From Pristiophorus japonicus (lineage: Eukaryota), in assembly GCF_044704955.1 (NCBI RefSeq), contig NC_091995.1:76508001-76572000 (forward strand): DNA of 64,000 bases, read 5' to 3'. Positions within the stretch are counted from its first letter, which is position 1; every line of letters starts with the position of its first letter. Positions 23,763-35,599 of this stretch are shown piece after piece. The translations under genes and the position numbers were made by a program. The notes under the pieces are model-generated. The model ran no database searches. It had not been told where the DNA came from and worked only from the letters and a program-made list of their open reading frames with translations.

Positions 23763-24229
23763 AGAGCCGGAACATGGGATGAAAACCATTGCTTACAAGG
23801 AAAGCAGTTAGTGGAGACTTGGCACTTCCCAGCGAGAGAAAAAAATCCTGAGGAAGAATGCATCTCCAGAAGCCCCACAGGTTTGGCTCCTTGCAGCAAA
23901 CTCTATCAGTCCTGGGAAGGGGTCTTGGCCAAGGAATGGACTTGATACTCAAGCACCCCCATGGTTAATTTATGGACCAAGCTACAACCAGATACAGACT
24001 TTTAAAAAGGAAAGGCACCCTTTTTAATGTCAAAATGACCAGGTGTGTCCAAAAATCAGCCGCACAGAGCCCCGGCAACTGTGGTCCATTTGTGCTTCTA
24101 TTTCTTATGGATTGGTTTGCCCAGTTTGAATTTCATGGTATTGTCGCATTGGTGAATTAAATCTAAATGAGAACAAAATCATCGATTAGCATCACCGACT
24201 TGACATCTATGCAAATTAATGGAAACATT

Positions 24230-24957
24230 GGCCCAGATTTTCTTGCAGTGGTGAGATCGGATATGTAGCTGCCTGGCACGCTGATGAGAAGCTCCTCCAT
24301 ATTTTCCTGCAATCTAATTAGAATACGCTGCAGCGAAGGTGGCGGAAAGTCGGGAGCGGCGAGGACATGTTACTCCCAGCGACTCACCGAACATATAAAC
24401 AGGGCGCCACAGTAAAGTCTGAAGACTGGCATTTATGTGAAGCCGAGTTGTGGCACTCATCAAATGCGCTGCTTCCACCAGGCAGATCTCTTTCTTCTCA
24501 GTGGAATCGGCCGGCCAGCTTCTGGTTTAGACAACGCTGTCAAAGCATCACGAATTTGAGCATGGAGATTTCAAGGGTGTGCGAAGCCCGTTCTCCAGCC
24601 TCAGAGTGGCTCATGTTTAACCGTGCAAGCAATTAAAAACACAAATCAGCTATAAGTCATGCCACTAGAGCCATTATTGACGTGTGAGTGGCAGCGGCGT
24701 GCAAACTGGCGACAATCCAGCAAAATCGCGATCATCGTGGTTCGGGGAGGGGGGGGGGGGGTGTGGGGCGGAGAGAGAGAGAGAGAGAGGGAGGGGGAGC
24801 TATGAAAATTTGTCACCAGTTGCTTTTGACAAGAGGAAAATGTAGAGCGCCACAAGTTATTTACTCCACGATATCCTCTTTCTTTTGCACCGCTCAAGGG
24901 TCCTGATGATATAGATGGCCAATTAAAATGCCGCAAGTCCCCGGGAAAATACGGACC
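24230..24957. mobile_element. Old Harbinger-like MITE
   Basis: Imperfect termini ggcccagattttc / gaaaatacggacc resemble the TIRs of 13934-14495; no clear TSD. Confidence 0.35.
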
Positions 24958-25337
24958 AGCGATTTAAACTAGATATGTAGCTCCTGAAGCTACACAGCGC
25001 ACACCTATGTGGCCAAAGACAAAAAGCTTGGACATCCGTGAACTAGAGAGTGAGTGATCAAAGGATCACAATTTTATACAGCGGTTGATTCCAATCCTAA
25101 TATTCTCAACAAAACACTAACTGTTGTTAGTTTTACAGCTATAAGTAAAATACTGAAGGTTACAGCTAAAACATCAACCTTCCTTTCAGATGCTTATCAG
25201 TAGTTCCAGCATTCTATTTGTTTACGTTCCAACAATTAAGCATTTTCTTTCCAGCTCCACAAATCAAATACCTTTGCCACATTTTCTCTCCTTCATATGG
25301 TTTTAGAGGATCAATCTGTCAATGCTACTGTCCTGTC

Positions 25338-25922
25338 ATCATCATCATAGGCAGTCCCTCGAAATCGAGGAAGACTTGCTTCCACTCTAAAAGTGAGTTC
25401 TCAGGTGACTGTACAGTCCAATACAGGAATTACAGTCTCTGTCACAGGTGGGACAGACAGTGGTTGAAGGAAAGGGTGGGTGGGGAGTCTGGTTTGCCGT
25501 ATGCTCCTTCCGCTGCCTGCGCTTGTTTTCTGCATGTTCTCGGCGACGAGACTCGAGGTGCCCAGTGCCCTCCCGGATGCTCTTCCTCTACTTAGGGTGA
25601 TCTTTGGCCAGGGATACCCAGGTGTCGGTGGGGAGGCTTTGAGGGGGTCCTTCAAATGTTTCCTCTGGCCACTTGGGGCTCGCTTGCCGTGTAAGAGTTC
25701 CAAGTAGAGCGCTTGCTTTGGGAATCTTGTGTCGGGCATGCGAACAATGTGGCCCGCCCAACGGAGCGTGCGGCAAACCAGATTCCCCGCCCACCCTTTC
25801 CTTCAACAACTGTCTGTCCCACCTGTGAGAGAGACTGTAATTTCAGTATTGGACCGTACAGTCACTTGAGAGCTCACTTTGAGTGGAAGCAAGTCTTCCT
25901 CCATTTCAAGGGACTGCCGATG
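25338..25922. mobile_element. Two RTE LINE 3' ends joined head-to-head (minus 25338-25760, plus 25762-25922)
   Basis: MPDTRFPKQALYLELLHGKR on minus; both ends carry the ggaagcaagtcttcctc...gggactgcc tail. Confidence 0.8.
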
Positions 25923-26122
25923 AGTTATCTCATTTCTCTCTCCTACCATTCTTAAATAATGTAGTGTCGTTAGCAATTTTCCAATCTAACAAGCACAATT
26001 CTCAATTCAAGAGAGCTTTGAAAGATTCTAACTAATGTACAGATACTTATTCAAATATAGTGGGTATCTATACATTAATAGATGAAAGATCTTACAGCTG
26101 AATGCACTTCCTGACAACCTTA

Positions 26123-26525
26123 GGTCAGCTGTGGCTCAGTGGGTAGCACACTCGCCTCAGAATCAGCAGGTTGTGGGTTCAAGTCCCACTCGAGAGACTT
26201 GAGGACTAGGCTGACACTCAAGTGCTGCACTGTTGGAGGTGCCGTCTTTCGGATGAGACGTGAAACCGAGGCCCGTCTGCTCTCTCAGGTGGACGTAAAA
26301 GATCCCATGGCACTATTTCAAAGAAGAGCAGGGGAGTTATCCCCGGTGTCCTGGGATAATATTTATCCCTCAATCAACATAGCAGAAAAAGATTGTCTGG
26401 TAATTATCACATTGCTGTTTGTGGGAGTTTGCTGTGTGCAAATTGGCTGCTACATTTCCCACATTACAACAGTGACTACACTCCAAAAGTACTTCATTGG
26501 CTGTAAAGCGCTTTGAGACATCTAA
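26123..26525 (+). mobile_element. Full-length Deu-domain tRNA SINE (SacSINE1-like)
   Basis: A box tggctcagtggg, B box ggttcaagtcc, Deu core aaagatcccatggcactatttcaaagaagagcaggggagttatccccggtgtcctgg, L2-like tail. Confidence 0.8.
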
Positions 26526-26789
26526 AAATGTTCTTATGCTCATGATCTTATTGAATGGAGGAGCAGGCCCGAGAGGTCGTATGGCCTACTCCTTATTCTT
26601 ATGTTCTCACCTTGCCTTACCAACTTCAAAAGATTATAGATCTGGTGAATAGGAATCAAAAAGTAAAGATACATTTCACAATTTAAAATGGGGAGACTAA
26701 ATTATACCTACACACTCTGGTCTAATTATTCCTCCGCAGCAACCCCCCCCTCCCCACACAAACATGCTCTAAATGCACTTCACCTGAAC

Positions 26790-27220
26790 ACAAGAATTAG
26801 GAGCAGGAGTAGGCCCCTCGAGCCTACTCCGCCATTCAGTGAGATCATGGCTGATCTTCTACCTCAACTCCACTTTCTTGCACTATCCCCATATCCCTTG
26901 ATTTCCTTAATATTCAAGAATCTAGCGATGTCTGTCTTGAATATATTCAAAGTCTGAGCCTCTACAGCCTTCTGGGATAGAGAATTCCAAAGATTCACCA
27001 CCCTCTGAATGAAGAAATGCCTCGTTATTTCATTCCTAAATGGCCAACCCCTTATTCTGAGACTGTAAGCCCTGGTTCGAGGCTCCCCAGCTGGGGGAAA
27101 CATCCTCTCTGCATAAGTATTTTGCATGTTTCAATGAGATCACCTCTCATTCTTCTAAACTCTAAAGAGAATATGAGTCTAGTCTACTCAATCTCTCCTC
27201 AGCCCAGGAATCAGTCTACA
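26790..27220 (-). mobile_element. CR1 LINE 3' end
   Basis: ERMFPPAGEPRTRAYSLRIRG...IKGYGDSARKWS. Confidence 0.85.
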
Positions 27221-27239
27221 TACAAGTCTGCCCTCCATG

Positions 27240-27663
27240 GGCCTGTGTTGACTGGAGTATAGAAGAATGAGAGGGGTTCTCAGAGAAACATATAAAATAC
27301 TGATAGGACTGGATAGGTTAGGTGCAGGAAGAATGTTCCCGATGTTGGGGAAGTCCAGAACCAGGGGTCACAGTCTAAGGACGAGGGGTAAGCCATTTAA
27401 GACCGAGAGGAGGAGAAACTTCTTCATCAGAGAGTTGTTAACCTGTGGAATTCTCTACCACAGAGAGTTGTTGATGCCAAGTCATTGGATATATTCAAGA
27501 GGGAGTTAGATGTGGCCCTTACGGCTAAAGGGATCAAGGGGTATGGAGAGAAAGCAGGAAAGGGGTGCTGAGGTGAATGATCAGCCATGATCTTATTGAA
27601 TGGCGGTGCAGGCTCGAAGGGCCGAAGGGCCTACTCCTGCACCTATTTTCTATGTTTCTATGT
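27240..27663 (+). mobile_element. CR1 LINE 3' end, about 290 bp inside PHF5A intron 1
   Basis: MRGVLRETYKIL...MFPMLGKSRTRGHS; (TTCTATGT)n tail. Confidence 0.9.
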
Positions 27664-27955
27664 GTGAGGGCGATTGACTTTCACACGTGCAGACTGGATT
27701 CAGCGCAAGGGCCAAAGTGGGGCTAGTTATGGATCAGTTTGGGGGATATGTGGGGTGGGTATTCCCAGCTATTCCCTGCTGGCTGATTTTTATGTCCTAG
27801 CTCTTTATGAAACTCGACAAGAACTCGCTGCAACTTCTCGCGGCCGAGCTCAGGGGCCTGGCCCGGCCCGGCCCCACCGGTAGAATGGACAGTCGCGGTG
27901 CTCCGTGTGTAGTTATATCCCGGGGAAGGGGTTCTCGCTCCCCTCGCTCACTCAC

Positions 27956-28007
27956 CCACTCCGGCCTGTTTCCGACAGAAGATCAAGTCAGGATGATGCT
28001 TCGCCAT
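27956..28007 (-). CDS. PHF5A: PHF5A coding exon 1 (52 nt from ATG)
   Basis: Minus: ATG GCG AAG CAT CAT CCT GAC TTG ATC TTC TGT CGG AAA CAG GCC GGA GTG G|gtgagt = [17 protein letters not shown], the conserved PHF5A N-terminus. Confidence 0.97.
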
Positions 28008-28484
28008 CACGCCGCCTAACCGCCACCAGCAGCCGGAAGCACCATCTGCGCGACCTCTGACCTCTGCTCACCTCAGTCCAAAAAAAACAACAAATTCAAC
28101 GTTCAGAGCGGGGGGGGGGGAAGTAATATCAAATTATATTTGAAAGAATAATCTGCAAAGAAATCTATATATCAGCGTAAAAGTGAGTTATATTACGAGG
28201 ACGCTGGACGCCAGAGAGCGGGCACTTCCGGTGGCAGGAACTAGAAGTGTGAAGTTGCAAGAAAATACAATTTCGGCTACAAGCGTTACAAGCTGCTCGC
28301 TGTACAGGTTAGGTTTTATAACTATTTTAATTTATGTTCTCCAACGTGGTTGCTGACATTTGTTGTTGGCCAGGAGGGGTGATTTTAAGCGATGGTTTTA
28401 CCTCAGCGGATAGGACCTGGCGGTGGCTATATAATGCCGGCTCTGTGACGTCACCGGCAGGCGGCATCTTTGTCAGTGAACAAA
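28008..28484. promoter_or_regulatory. PHF5A/ACO2 bidirectional CpG-rich promoter (477 bp between start codons)
   Basis: ETS/GABP-type CCGGAAG 28033-28039 and CACTTCCGG 28223-28231; TATATAA 28428-28434; CRE TGACGTCA 28446-28453; YY1-type AAAATGGCGGC 28482-28492; CpG-rich from ~27830 to ~28760. Confidence 0.85.
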
Positions 28485-28520
28485 ATGGCGGCGCGCGTCC
28501 TGACTGCCCGCGGACTGCAG
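28485..28520 (+). CDS. ACO2: ACO2 mitochondrial aconitase coding exon 1 (36 nt)
   Basis: caaaATGG Kozak context; MAARVLTARGLQ|gtaccg; Arg-rich, acid-free presequence; length equals recalled human exon 1. Confidence 0.88.
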
Positions 28521-29781
28521 GTACCGAGCGCGGCCCGAGGGGCCTTTAAACCGGGGGCACAGTAAGGCGAGGAGCCGCGCCGGCCACCGGCCACCGGACT
28601 TCCTAGCTCCATCTGCTCTTTGCCACCTTTTTTTTGTTTGAAATATTAAAGCGCTGGCGGCCGCCGCCAACCGGTCACTGCGGATCCCTCCAACAACCTG
28701 TGCCAGGGCAGCCGAATTTCCATGGCAACCGGTTCAGCGGTCAGGATAATACCCGGTTTAAGATTTCGGTTCTTGGTGGTTTGGGTGGTGGGGGGACAAG
28801 ATTTAGGTTTGAAATATAAGAATAAAGGTTATGGAGGGGTGCAGGAGGGAGTCCAAGGGCACTGGAAAACTCCTTGAGGGCCAAGGTGACAGCAAGGTTA
28901 CACCAGTCCTGCTCTATTCTGGCACAGTAGACACTAATTAGCTGGCATTGCACTGTTATCAACTGAATAATCTGTTTTCGCCCCCCCCCCCACCTTTTCC
29001 TATCGTTACTTCAACAACACTAATGACAAAAGAAGAACTGCAAGTGTTGACTGCATCACTGGAAATCCATCAACACAGCAAAGGACACGTGAATGTCTTT
29101 TGGGGGGGGGGGAGATCCCTTTACCAGAACTGGGAAGGGAATGGCTAGATTGTCTGATCTGTCAAAGGTGTTGCACTGAACGTGTCCTCAGTGAATAAAT
29201 CCGAACAATTAAAATTTAAAAAAAGGTTTGATTCACTCCAGGATCTGCATTTTGCAGTAGCATCTCTAGGGCTTGATGAGTCTTTGGGTCCTCTGGTTAA
29301 GCATCCATGTTGATTATATGATTTTTGTTTCTTTATGGACTTGTGACTAACTTTTATTTGGTTTCTTTACCCCACCCCTCCAATGATTTGAAATGAGATT
29401 GGGGATTATGGAAGAGGAAGATTTTCCTTGTGCTATGTTGGAGTGCCTTTTAAGGTGCACTAGGCACAGCAGGAAAGAGGTACTGAGGGAATGATCAGCC
29501 ATGATCATATTGAATGGTGGTGCAGGCTTGAAGGGCCGAATGGCCTACTCCTGACCTATTTTCTATGTTTCTATAAGAAAGCCTATAGTATAAACCTTCA
29601 CCCTGATTAGTATGTTATTACTGGGATGCAGAACTCTGACCATTGAATAAATGCCAGGGTATCTGTGTACAAATATAATGCATGACCTGTTTTGTAGTAG
29701 AGAAAGTTGGCAAAATTCCAAACTGGCCACGAGATTGAAACTGAGCATTTAAGGTGATACCAAGGACAAAGAGCAGTACAA

Positions 29782-29785
<4 letters not shown>

Positions 29786-29821
<36 letters not shown>
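29786..29821. repeat. (CT)n microsatellite
   Basis: About 18 CT units. Confidence 0.95.
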
Positions 29822-29825
<4 letters not shown>

Positions 29826-30649
29826 GCCCTACTACAGGGTGAGAAGGTGTAACAGTCTGCAGCTCAGACTCACTTATCAAAAGATGGTAAATTTCACTGA
29901 ACTTTGGCATAACTGACCTGTCATATGTCAATCACCTGAGTGGTTTGTGATAATCATGGAGTATGGGCCACAGCTTCTGCTTGGATGGCTGAGACTGCAA
30001 TGTCGCATGTAATTTCATTTTAATCTGTATACTATACATTTTTTATTATTTGAGGTTTGAGTGTGTCGCTGTAATTTTATTTCTTTAGACTTGGTTTCTC
30101 TGTTGGACATTTTTATTATTCGTTCCTGGGATGTGGGCAAGGCCAGCAATTATTGCCCATCCCTAATTGCCCTTGAGAAGGGCAATGGTGTTCAGAGGGA
30201 CCTGGGTGTCCTTGTACAAGTATCACTGAAAGTTAACATGCAGGTACAGCAAGCAGTTAAGAAATCAAATGCTTTGTTGGCCTTTATTACAAGAGGATTT
30301 GAGTATAAGAGTAAAGACGTCGGGTGCCGCCTTGAACCGCTGCAGTCCGTGTGGTGAAGGTACTCCCGCAGTCCTGTTTTGGAAGGAATTCCAGGGTTTT
30401 GACTCCATGATGATGAAGGAACAGCAGTTATATTTCCAAGTCAGAATGGTGTGTGACTTGGAGGGGAACCTGGAGGTTGTGGCGTTCCCAATCGCCTACT
30501 GTCTGTGTCCTTCTAGGTGAGAGGTCTTGGATTTGGAAAGTGTTGCTGAAGAAGCCTTAGCGGGTTGCTGCAGTGCAATTCAAATATATCAATTTAAAAA
30601 TGTGGAAGCTGGCTGGCTGGCTCCAGTGATACAAAAAAAAGCGGGCGTT

Positions 30650-31372
30650 GAAACATTTCTTTGACAAATCTGTTTGAGGTTACAACTAGTAGAATAGATA
30701 AGGGGGGAACCAGTGGATGTGGTGTATTTGGATTTTCAGAAGGTATTCGATAAGGTGCCACACAAGGTTATTAAACAAAATTAGGGCTCATGGGATTGGG
30801 GATAATACATTAGCATGGATTAAGGATTGGTTAACTGACAGAAAACAGAGAGTAGGAATAAACGGGTCATTTTTGGGTTGGCAGAGGCTTCAAGGCAGGC
30901 TAAATGAGTGGTCAAGAACATGGCAAATGGAATAAAGTGTGGAGAAATGTGAAGTTATCCAATTTGGTAGGAAAATTAGAAAAGCAGAGTATTTTTTAAA
31001 CTGTGCAAGATTGGGAAATGTTGGTGTCCTTGTACACGTATCACTGAAAGTTAACATGCAGGTACAGCAAGCAATTAAGAAAGCAAATGGTATGTTGGCA
31101 TTTATTACAAGAGGATTTGAGTATGAGTAAAGACATCTTTCTGCAATTATATAGAGCCCAGGTGAGGGCCCTTACAGGGCTTGACGGGGTAGATGCAAGG
31201 AGGATGTTTCCTCTGGCTGGGGAGTTTAGAACCAGGGGGCACAGTCTCAGCATAAGAGGTTGGCCATTTAGGACTGAGATGAGGAGAAACTTCTGCGCTT
31301 AGGATAGTGAATCTTTGTAATTCTCTACCCCAGAGGGCTGTGGATGCTCAGTTGTTCAATATATTCAAGACA
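30650..31372 (+). mobile_element. CR1 LINE with several internal deletions
   Basis: VDVVYLDFQK, KQRVGINGSF, EKCEVIQFG, RTRGHSL segments joined with large gaps. Confidence 0.8.
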
Positions 31373-31679
31373 GAGCTATCCAATTAGTCCCATAACCCTG
31401 AGAATTTTTCTTTTGCAAATATTTATCCAATTTGTCCTTTTGAAAGTTATTATTGAATCTGCTTCCACCACCCTTTTGAGGAAGTGCATTCCAGATCATC
31501 ATAACTCCCTATGTTTTTTAAAAAAAACCCACCTCATCATCTCCGCCCCCCTCGTTCTTTTTTTTGGTGCAGGCTCGAAGGGCCGAATGGCCTACTCCTG
31601 CACCTATTTTCTATGTTTCTATGTTTTGCCACTCCTTTATCAGTGTCAAGGGATCCAGAGATCAACTGTCTTCAGAAGA

Positions 31680-32025
31680 TGAGAATTAGGAGCAGGAATA
31701 GGCCCCTCGAGCCTGCACCACTATTCAATAAGATCATTGCTGATCTTCGACTTCAACTCCACTTTCTCGCCCGATCCTCATATCACTTGATTTCGCCTAG
31801 AGTCCGATAATATATCGATCTCAGCCTTGAATATACTCAACAATTCAGCATCCCCAGCTCTTTGGGGTAGAGAATTCCAAAGATTCACAACCCTCCTGAG
31901 TGAAGAAATTCCTCCTCATCTCAGTCTTAAATGGCTGACCCCTTATCCTGGGACAATGCCCTCTAGTTCTAGGCACTCCAGCCAGGAGAAACAACCTCTT
32001 GGCATCTAACCTGTCGATCCCCTTA
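31680..32025 (-). mobile_element. CR1 LINE 3' end
   Basis: YKGIDRLDAKRLFLLAGVPRTRGH... Confidence 0.85.
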
Positions 32026-32343
32026 TATGTCATGCTCCAACTGCTGCCACAGTTAACTCAGCACAGAACTGGAATTAGGTGACGATCTTGTATAGTTTGA
32101 CTGTACTCCAGAGACCCGTAGTGATAAATACTGTTCTAATTCTAATTGACCTTGGCTCTTGACTTCCCTGATGCTTGACTTTTTTTTTGTTGCCTGTGTA
32201 GTGACACGTTTACTATGACTCCCATGGAATGTGTGTCATCAAGGTGGGAATTCATTCGTAATCGACCCACTGGGCTTTTGCAGTTCAAATAAAACATGTC
32301 TTTTTCTGTGCCTTTCATAATCTGCTCTTTTCACTTGTTGCAG

Positions 32344-32483
32344 CAAGCCCTGGGCCATGGTGCCCGGAGGTACCACCTCTCCGCCGTGTGCCGGCGAGCC
32401 AAAGTGTCCATGAGCCGCTTCGAGCCCCTCGAGTATGTCAATTATGAGATGCTGCGGAAGAACATTGACATCGTTTACAAAAG
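32344..32483 (+). CDS. ACO2: ACO2 coding exon 2 (140 nt)
   Basis: ttgttgcag|[46 protein letters not shown](R)|gtacat. Confidence 0.93.
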
Positions 32484-32544
32484 GTACATGGAAAGGATGT
32501 TCAGAGATCTTCCTGGTCACCACATTACAGGAAAGATGTGGTTG

Positions 32545-33640
32545 GACTAGATAGCATACAGAGGAGATTCACGAGGATGTTGCCAGGACTGGAGAATTTT
32601 AGTTATGAGGAAAGATTGGATAGGCTGGGGTTGTTTTCTTTGGAACAGAGGAGGCTGAGGGGATACTTAATTGAGGTGTATAAAATTATTAGGGGACTAG
32701 ATAGAGTAGATAGGAAGGACCTATTTCAGTAGTGATACCCACCCTCCTATATGGCTGAGACGGGGACTATATACAGCAGACATTTCAAAACACTGGAGAA
32801 GTACCACCGGTGCTGCCTGCACAAGATCCACAAACCCCCTGGGAGGACAGACGCACCAACGTCAGTGTTCTCGCTCAGGCCAGCATCGAAGCACTGACCA
32901 CGCTTGATCAGCTCCGTTGGGCAGGCCACATTGTCCGCATGCCCGATACGACACTCTCAAAGCAAGCGCTCTACTCGGAGTTTTGTCACGGCAAGCGAGC
33001 CCCAGGTGGGCAAAGGAAATGCTTCAAGGCCACCCTCAAAGCCTCCTTGATAAAGTGCAACATCCCCACTGGCACCTGGGAATCCCTGGCCCAAGACTGC
33101 CCAAAATGGTGGACGAGCATCCGGGAGGGCACTGAGGACCTCGAGTCTCATCGCCGAGAGCATGCAGAAATCAAGTGCAGGCAGCAGAAAGAGCGTGCAG
33201 CAAATCTGTCCCACGCCCTTTCCTTCAACCATTGTCTGTCCCACCTGTGACAGAGACTGTAGGTCTTGCATTGGACTCCTCAGTCACTTGAGAACTCACT
33301 TTTAGAGTAGAAGCAAGTCATCCTCGACTCCCGAGGGACTGCCTGTGATGATGATGATGATGTGTAAAATTATGAGGGGACTAGATAATGTATAGGAAGG
33401 AACTATTTCCCCTACCAGAGGGGTCAATAACCAGGGGGCATAGATTTAAAGTAATTGGTAGAGGATTAGAGGGGAGTTGAGGAGAACGTTTTTCACCCAG
33501 AGGGTGGTGGGGAACTAGAACTCACTGCCTGAAAGGATGGTAGAGGCAGAAACCCTCATCACCTTTTTAAAAAGTACTTCGGTTATGGCACTACAAGTGC
33601 ATATCCACCAGGCAGGGATAGCTCTTTTTCGGCCGACAGT
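32545..33640 (+). mobile_element. CR1 3' portion interrupted by an RTE insertion
   Basis: IQRRFTRMLPGLENFSYEERLDRLGLFSLE; resumes at 33361. Confidence 0.8.
32728..33360 (+). mobile_element. 5'-truncated RTE LINE with ~50-bp TSD
   Basis: QLRWAGHIVRMPDTTLSKQALYSEFCHGKR; (GAT)n tail; TSD 32677-32727 / 33361-33409. Confidence 0.85.
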
Positions 33641-34442
33641 CCTGAAGGTCTGATGGTGACTTCCTGTTAAGAGTTTACTGATTTTAGAAGGCTATGTTGA
33701 TGGTGTTAGATGAAGTAGGTGGGAGGAGGCTCGTGTGGAGCATAAACACCGGCATAGACTTGTTGGGCCAAATGGCCTGTTTCATTGCTGTAAATTCTAC
33801 TGTGCTTTATGTTCCAACAGACTGGAACCTGAGATCCAAAAGCCTGTATTTCACCCCTCCTATGCACTTTCCCTGGTCGTGCTTCCAGTTTCAGCTGTGT
33901 GGGCGGACGCTGGGAATGAACTGGGATACTCAGCGTTTCTTTTAGCCTCTTTATCTACCTGTGGTATCCTAATCGTTCCTCAGTACCTTGCCACCTCACT
34001 GCCATGAAGTCTTCACTGGGATAGTTGCAGGGAAGACACCCTGTCCTCCCTCGTCACAGCGGAGAGGGGCCTTCCCAATGCTAAACTTGCACCCCTAACA
34101 TTGTTGCTTAACACTCTTAGTAGTTGGTTGCAGACTGCCGCTGGCAGAAGCCTCATCACATCTCTCGAATGTCTCTGGCCGGACATACAGTGAATTACTT
34201 GGACAGCTTTGGTATCGGCAGCAGCCCTTTTGCGCACAGCAAGTTCTCTCAAACAATGAGACCAATGCCCAGTTAATCTTTTGGTGCTGAGAGTTGAGGG
34301 AGGAATGTTGCTTAGGACAGTAAGAGAACGTCCTGCTTTTCAACTATAACCACAAAATCTTTAATATCCACCTGAGCCACTGAAACAGGCAGGTGGGAAT
34401 CTTGGTTTAACATCTGAAGGACAGCCCCATATCCAGTGCAAC

Positions 34443-35440
34443 ATCATCATCATCATCATAGGCAGTCCCTCGGAATCGAGGAAGACTTGCTTCCACTCTT
34501 AACATGAGTCCTTAGGTGGCTGAACAGTCCAATACGAAAGCCACGGTCCTTGCCACAGGTGGGACAGACAGTCGTTGAGGGAAAGGGAGGGTGGGACAGG
34601 TTTGCCGCACGTTCCTTCTGCTCCCTGCGCTTGTTTTCTGCATGCGCTCAGCGCCCTCCCGGATGCACTTGCTCCACTTAGGGCGGTCTTTGGCCAGGGC
34701 CCAGGTGTCGGTGGGGATGTTGCACTTTATTAGGGAGGCTTTGAGTATGTCCTTGTAACGTTTCCTCTTTCCACCTTTGGCTCGTTTTCCATGAAGGAGT
34801 TCCGAGTAGAGCGCTTGCTTTGGGAGTCTCGTGTCTGACATGCGGACCGATGTCTATGTCAAAGCGTCTTAAGTTTTCGGGCAACTATGGCGGTGCGGTG
34901 TCCCGGCCTGTTGCTGTTGGAGTTGTCCATGAGGGTCCTGATGTTTCAGGCCCCGAACTTCATGTTAACGGAGTGGAAGATGCCTGTGCGTGAGTTCTTT
35001 TAACATGGGGTGGCTGTTACACATCGTCTACCACACGGGCTTAGCTGAGCAAGGTCTTGTCCAGTGGCAAGGGGGTCCAAGACGACTGGAGACTAGGCAC
35101 TGCAGTATGAGCCTAATTGCTTATGGCGAGATGTTGGCCGCAAGCTCGGCGCCGAGTAGCACCCTTGATGGTAGGTGGTCCAAGGCTTGGTTGGGGGCAG
35201 GCATTGGGAGGGTCATTGGTCTGCTGGAGCTCCGTGTGGGAGTTCAGTAAGGAGTGGAAGAGTCACAGTCATGATGCCCACCAGTTAGGCCAGATCATTA
35301 GTGAGGAAGGAGAGGTCCAGCCGTCGAGGAGGAGAGGCCCGATCCTGCTGGAGGGATGTAGGCCTGTCGCTGGAGGGAAGAAGGCCCGTCGCTGGAGGGT
35401 GGGGTGATGCCCCGGTCGCCTGGTCAGAGACTCATCTGCT
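34443..35440 (-). mobile_element. Internally deleted RTE LINE (5'UTR and EN N-terminus fused to the 3' end), inside a Deu SINE
   Basis: ATG at 34963 gives MKFGA*NIRTLMDNSNSNRPGHRTAIVAR...FDIDI joined near 34847 to RMSDTRLPKQALYSELLHGKR; (ATG)n tail; 5' boundary approximate. Confidence 0.75.
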
Positions 35441-35599
35441 TGCCCCTTAGTATTTCACTGCTCAAGCCTTGGCTTGGGTCTTCAATCCACAATGTTGGAG
35501 GCAAGAGTGTTACCAACTGAGCTAATATGGCACTTGCCTGCCTGCCCCAACAGTCTGGACATGTCATGGAGGAAGAAAAATATTGCCACAGCTGAAACT

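Noticed and set aside
26123-26200. tRNA gene (A and B boxes)
   Set aside because: It is the tRNA-derived head of a SINE and continues into the Deu core and L2-like tail.
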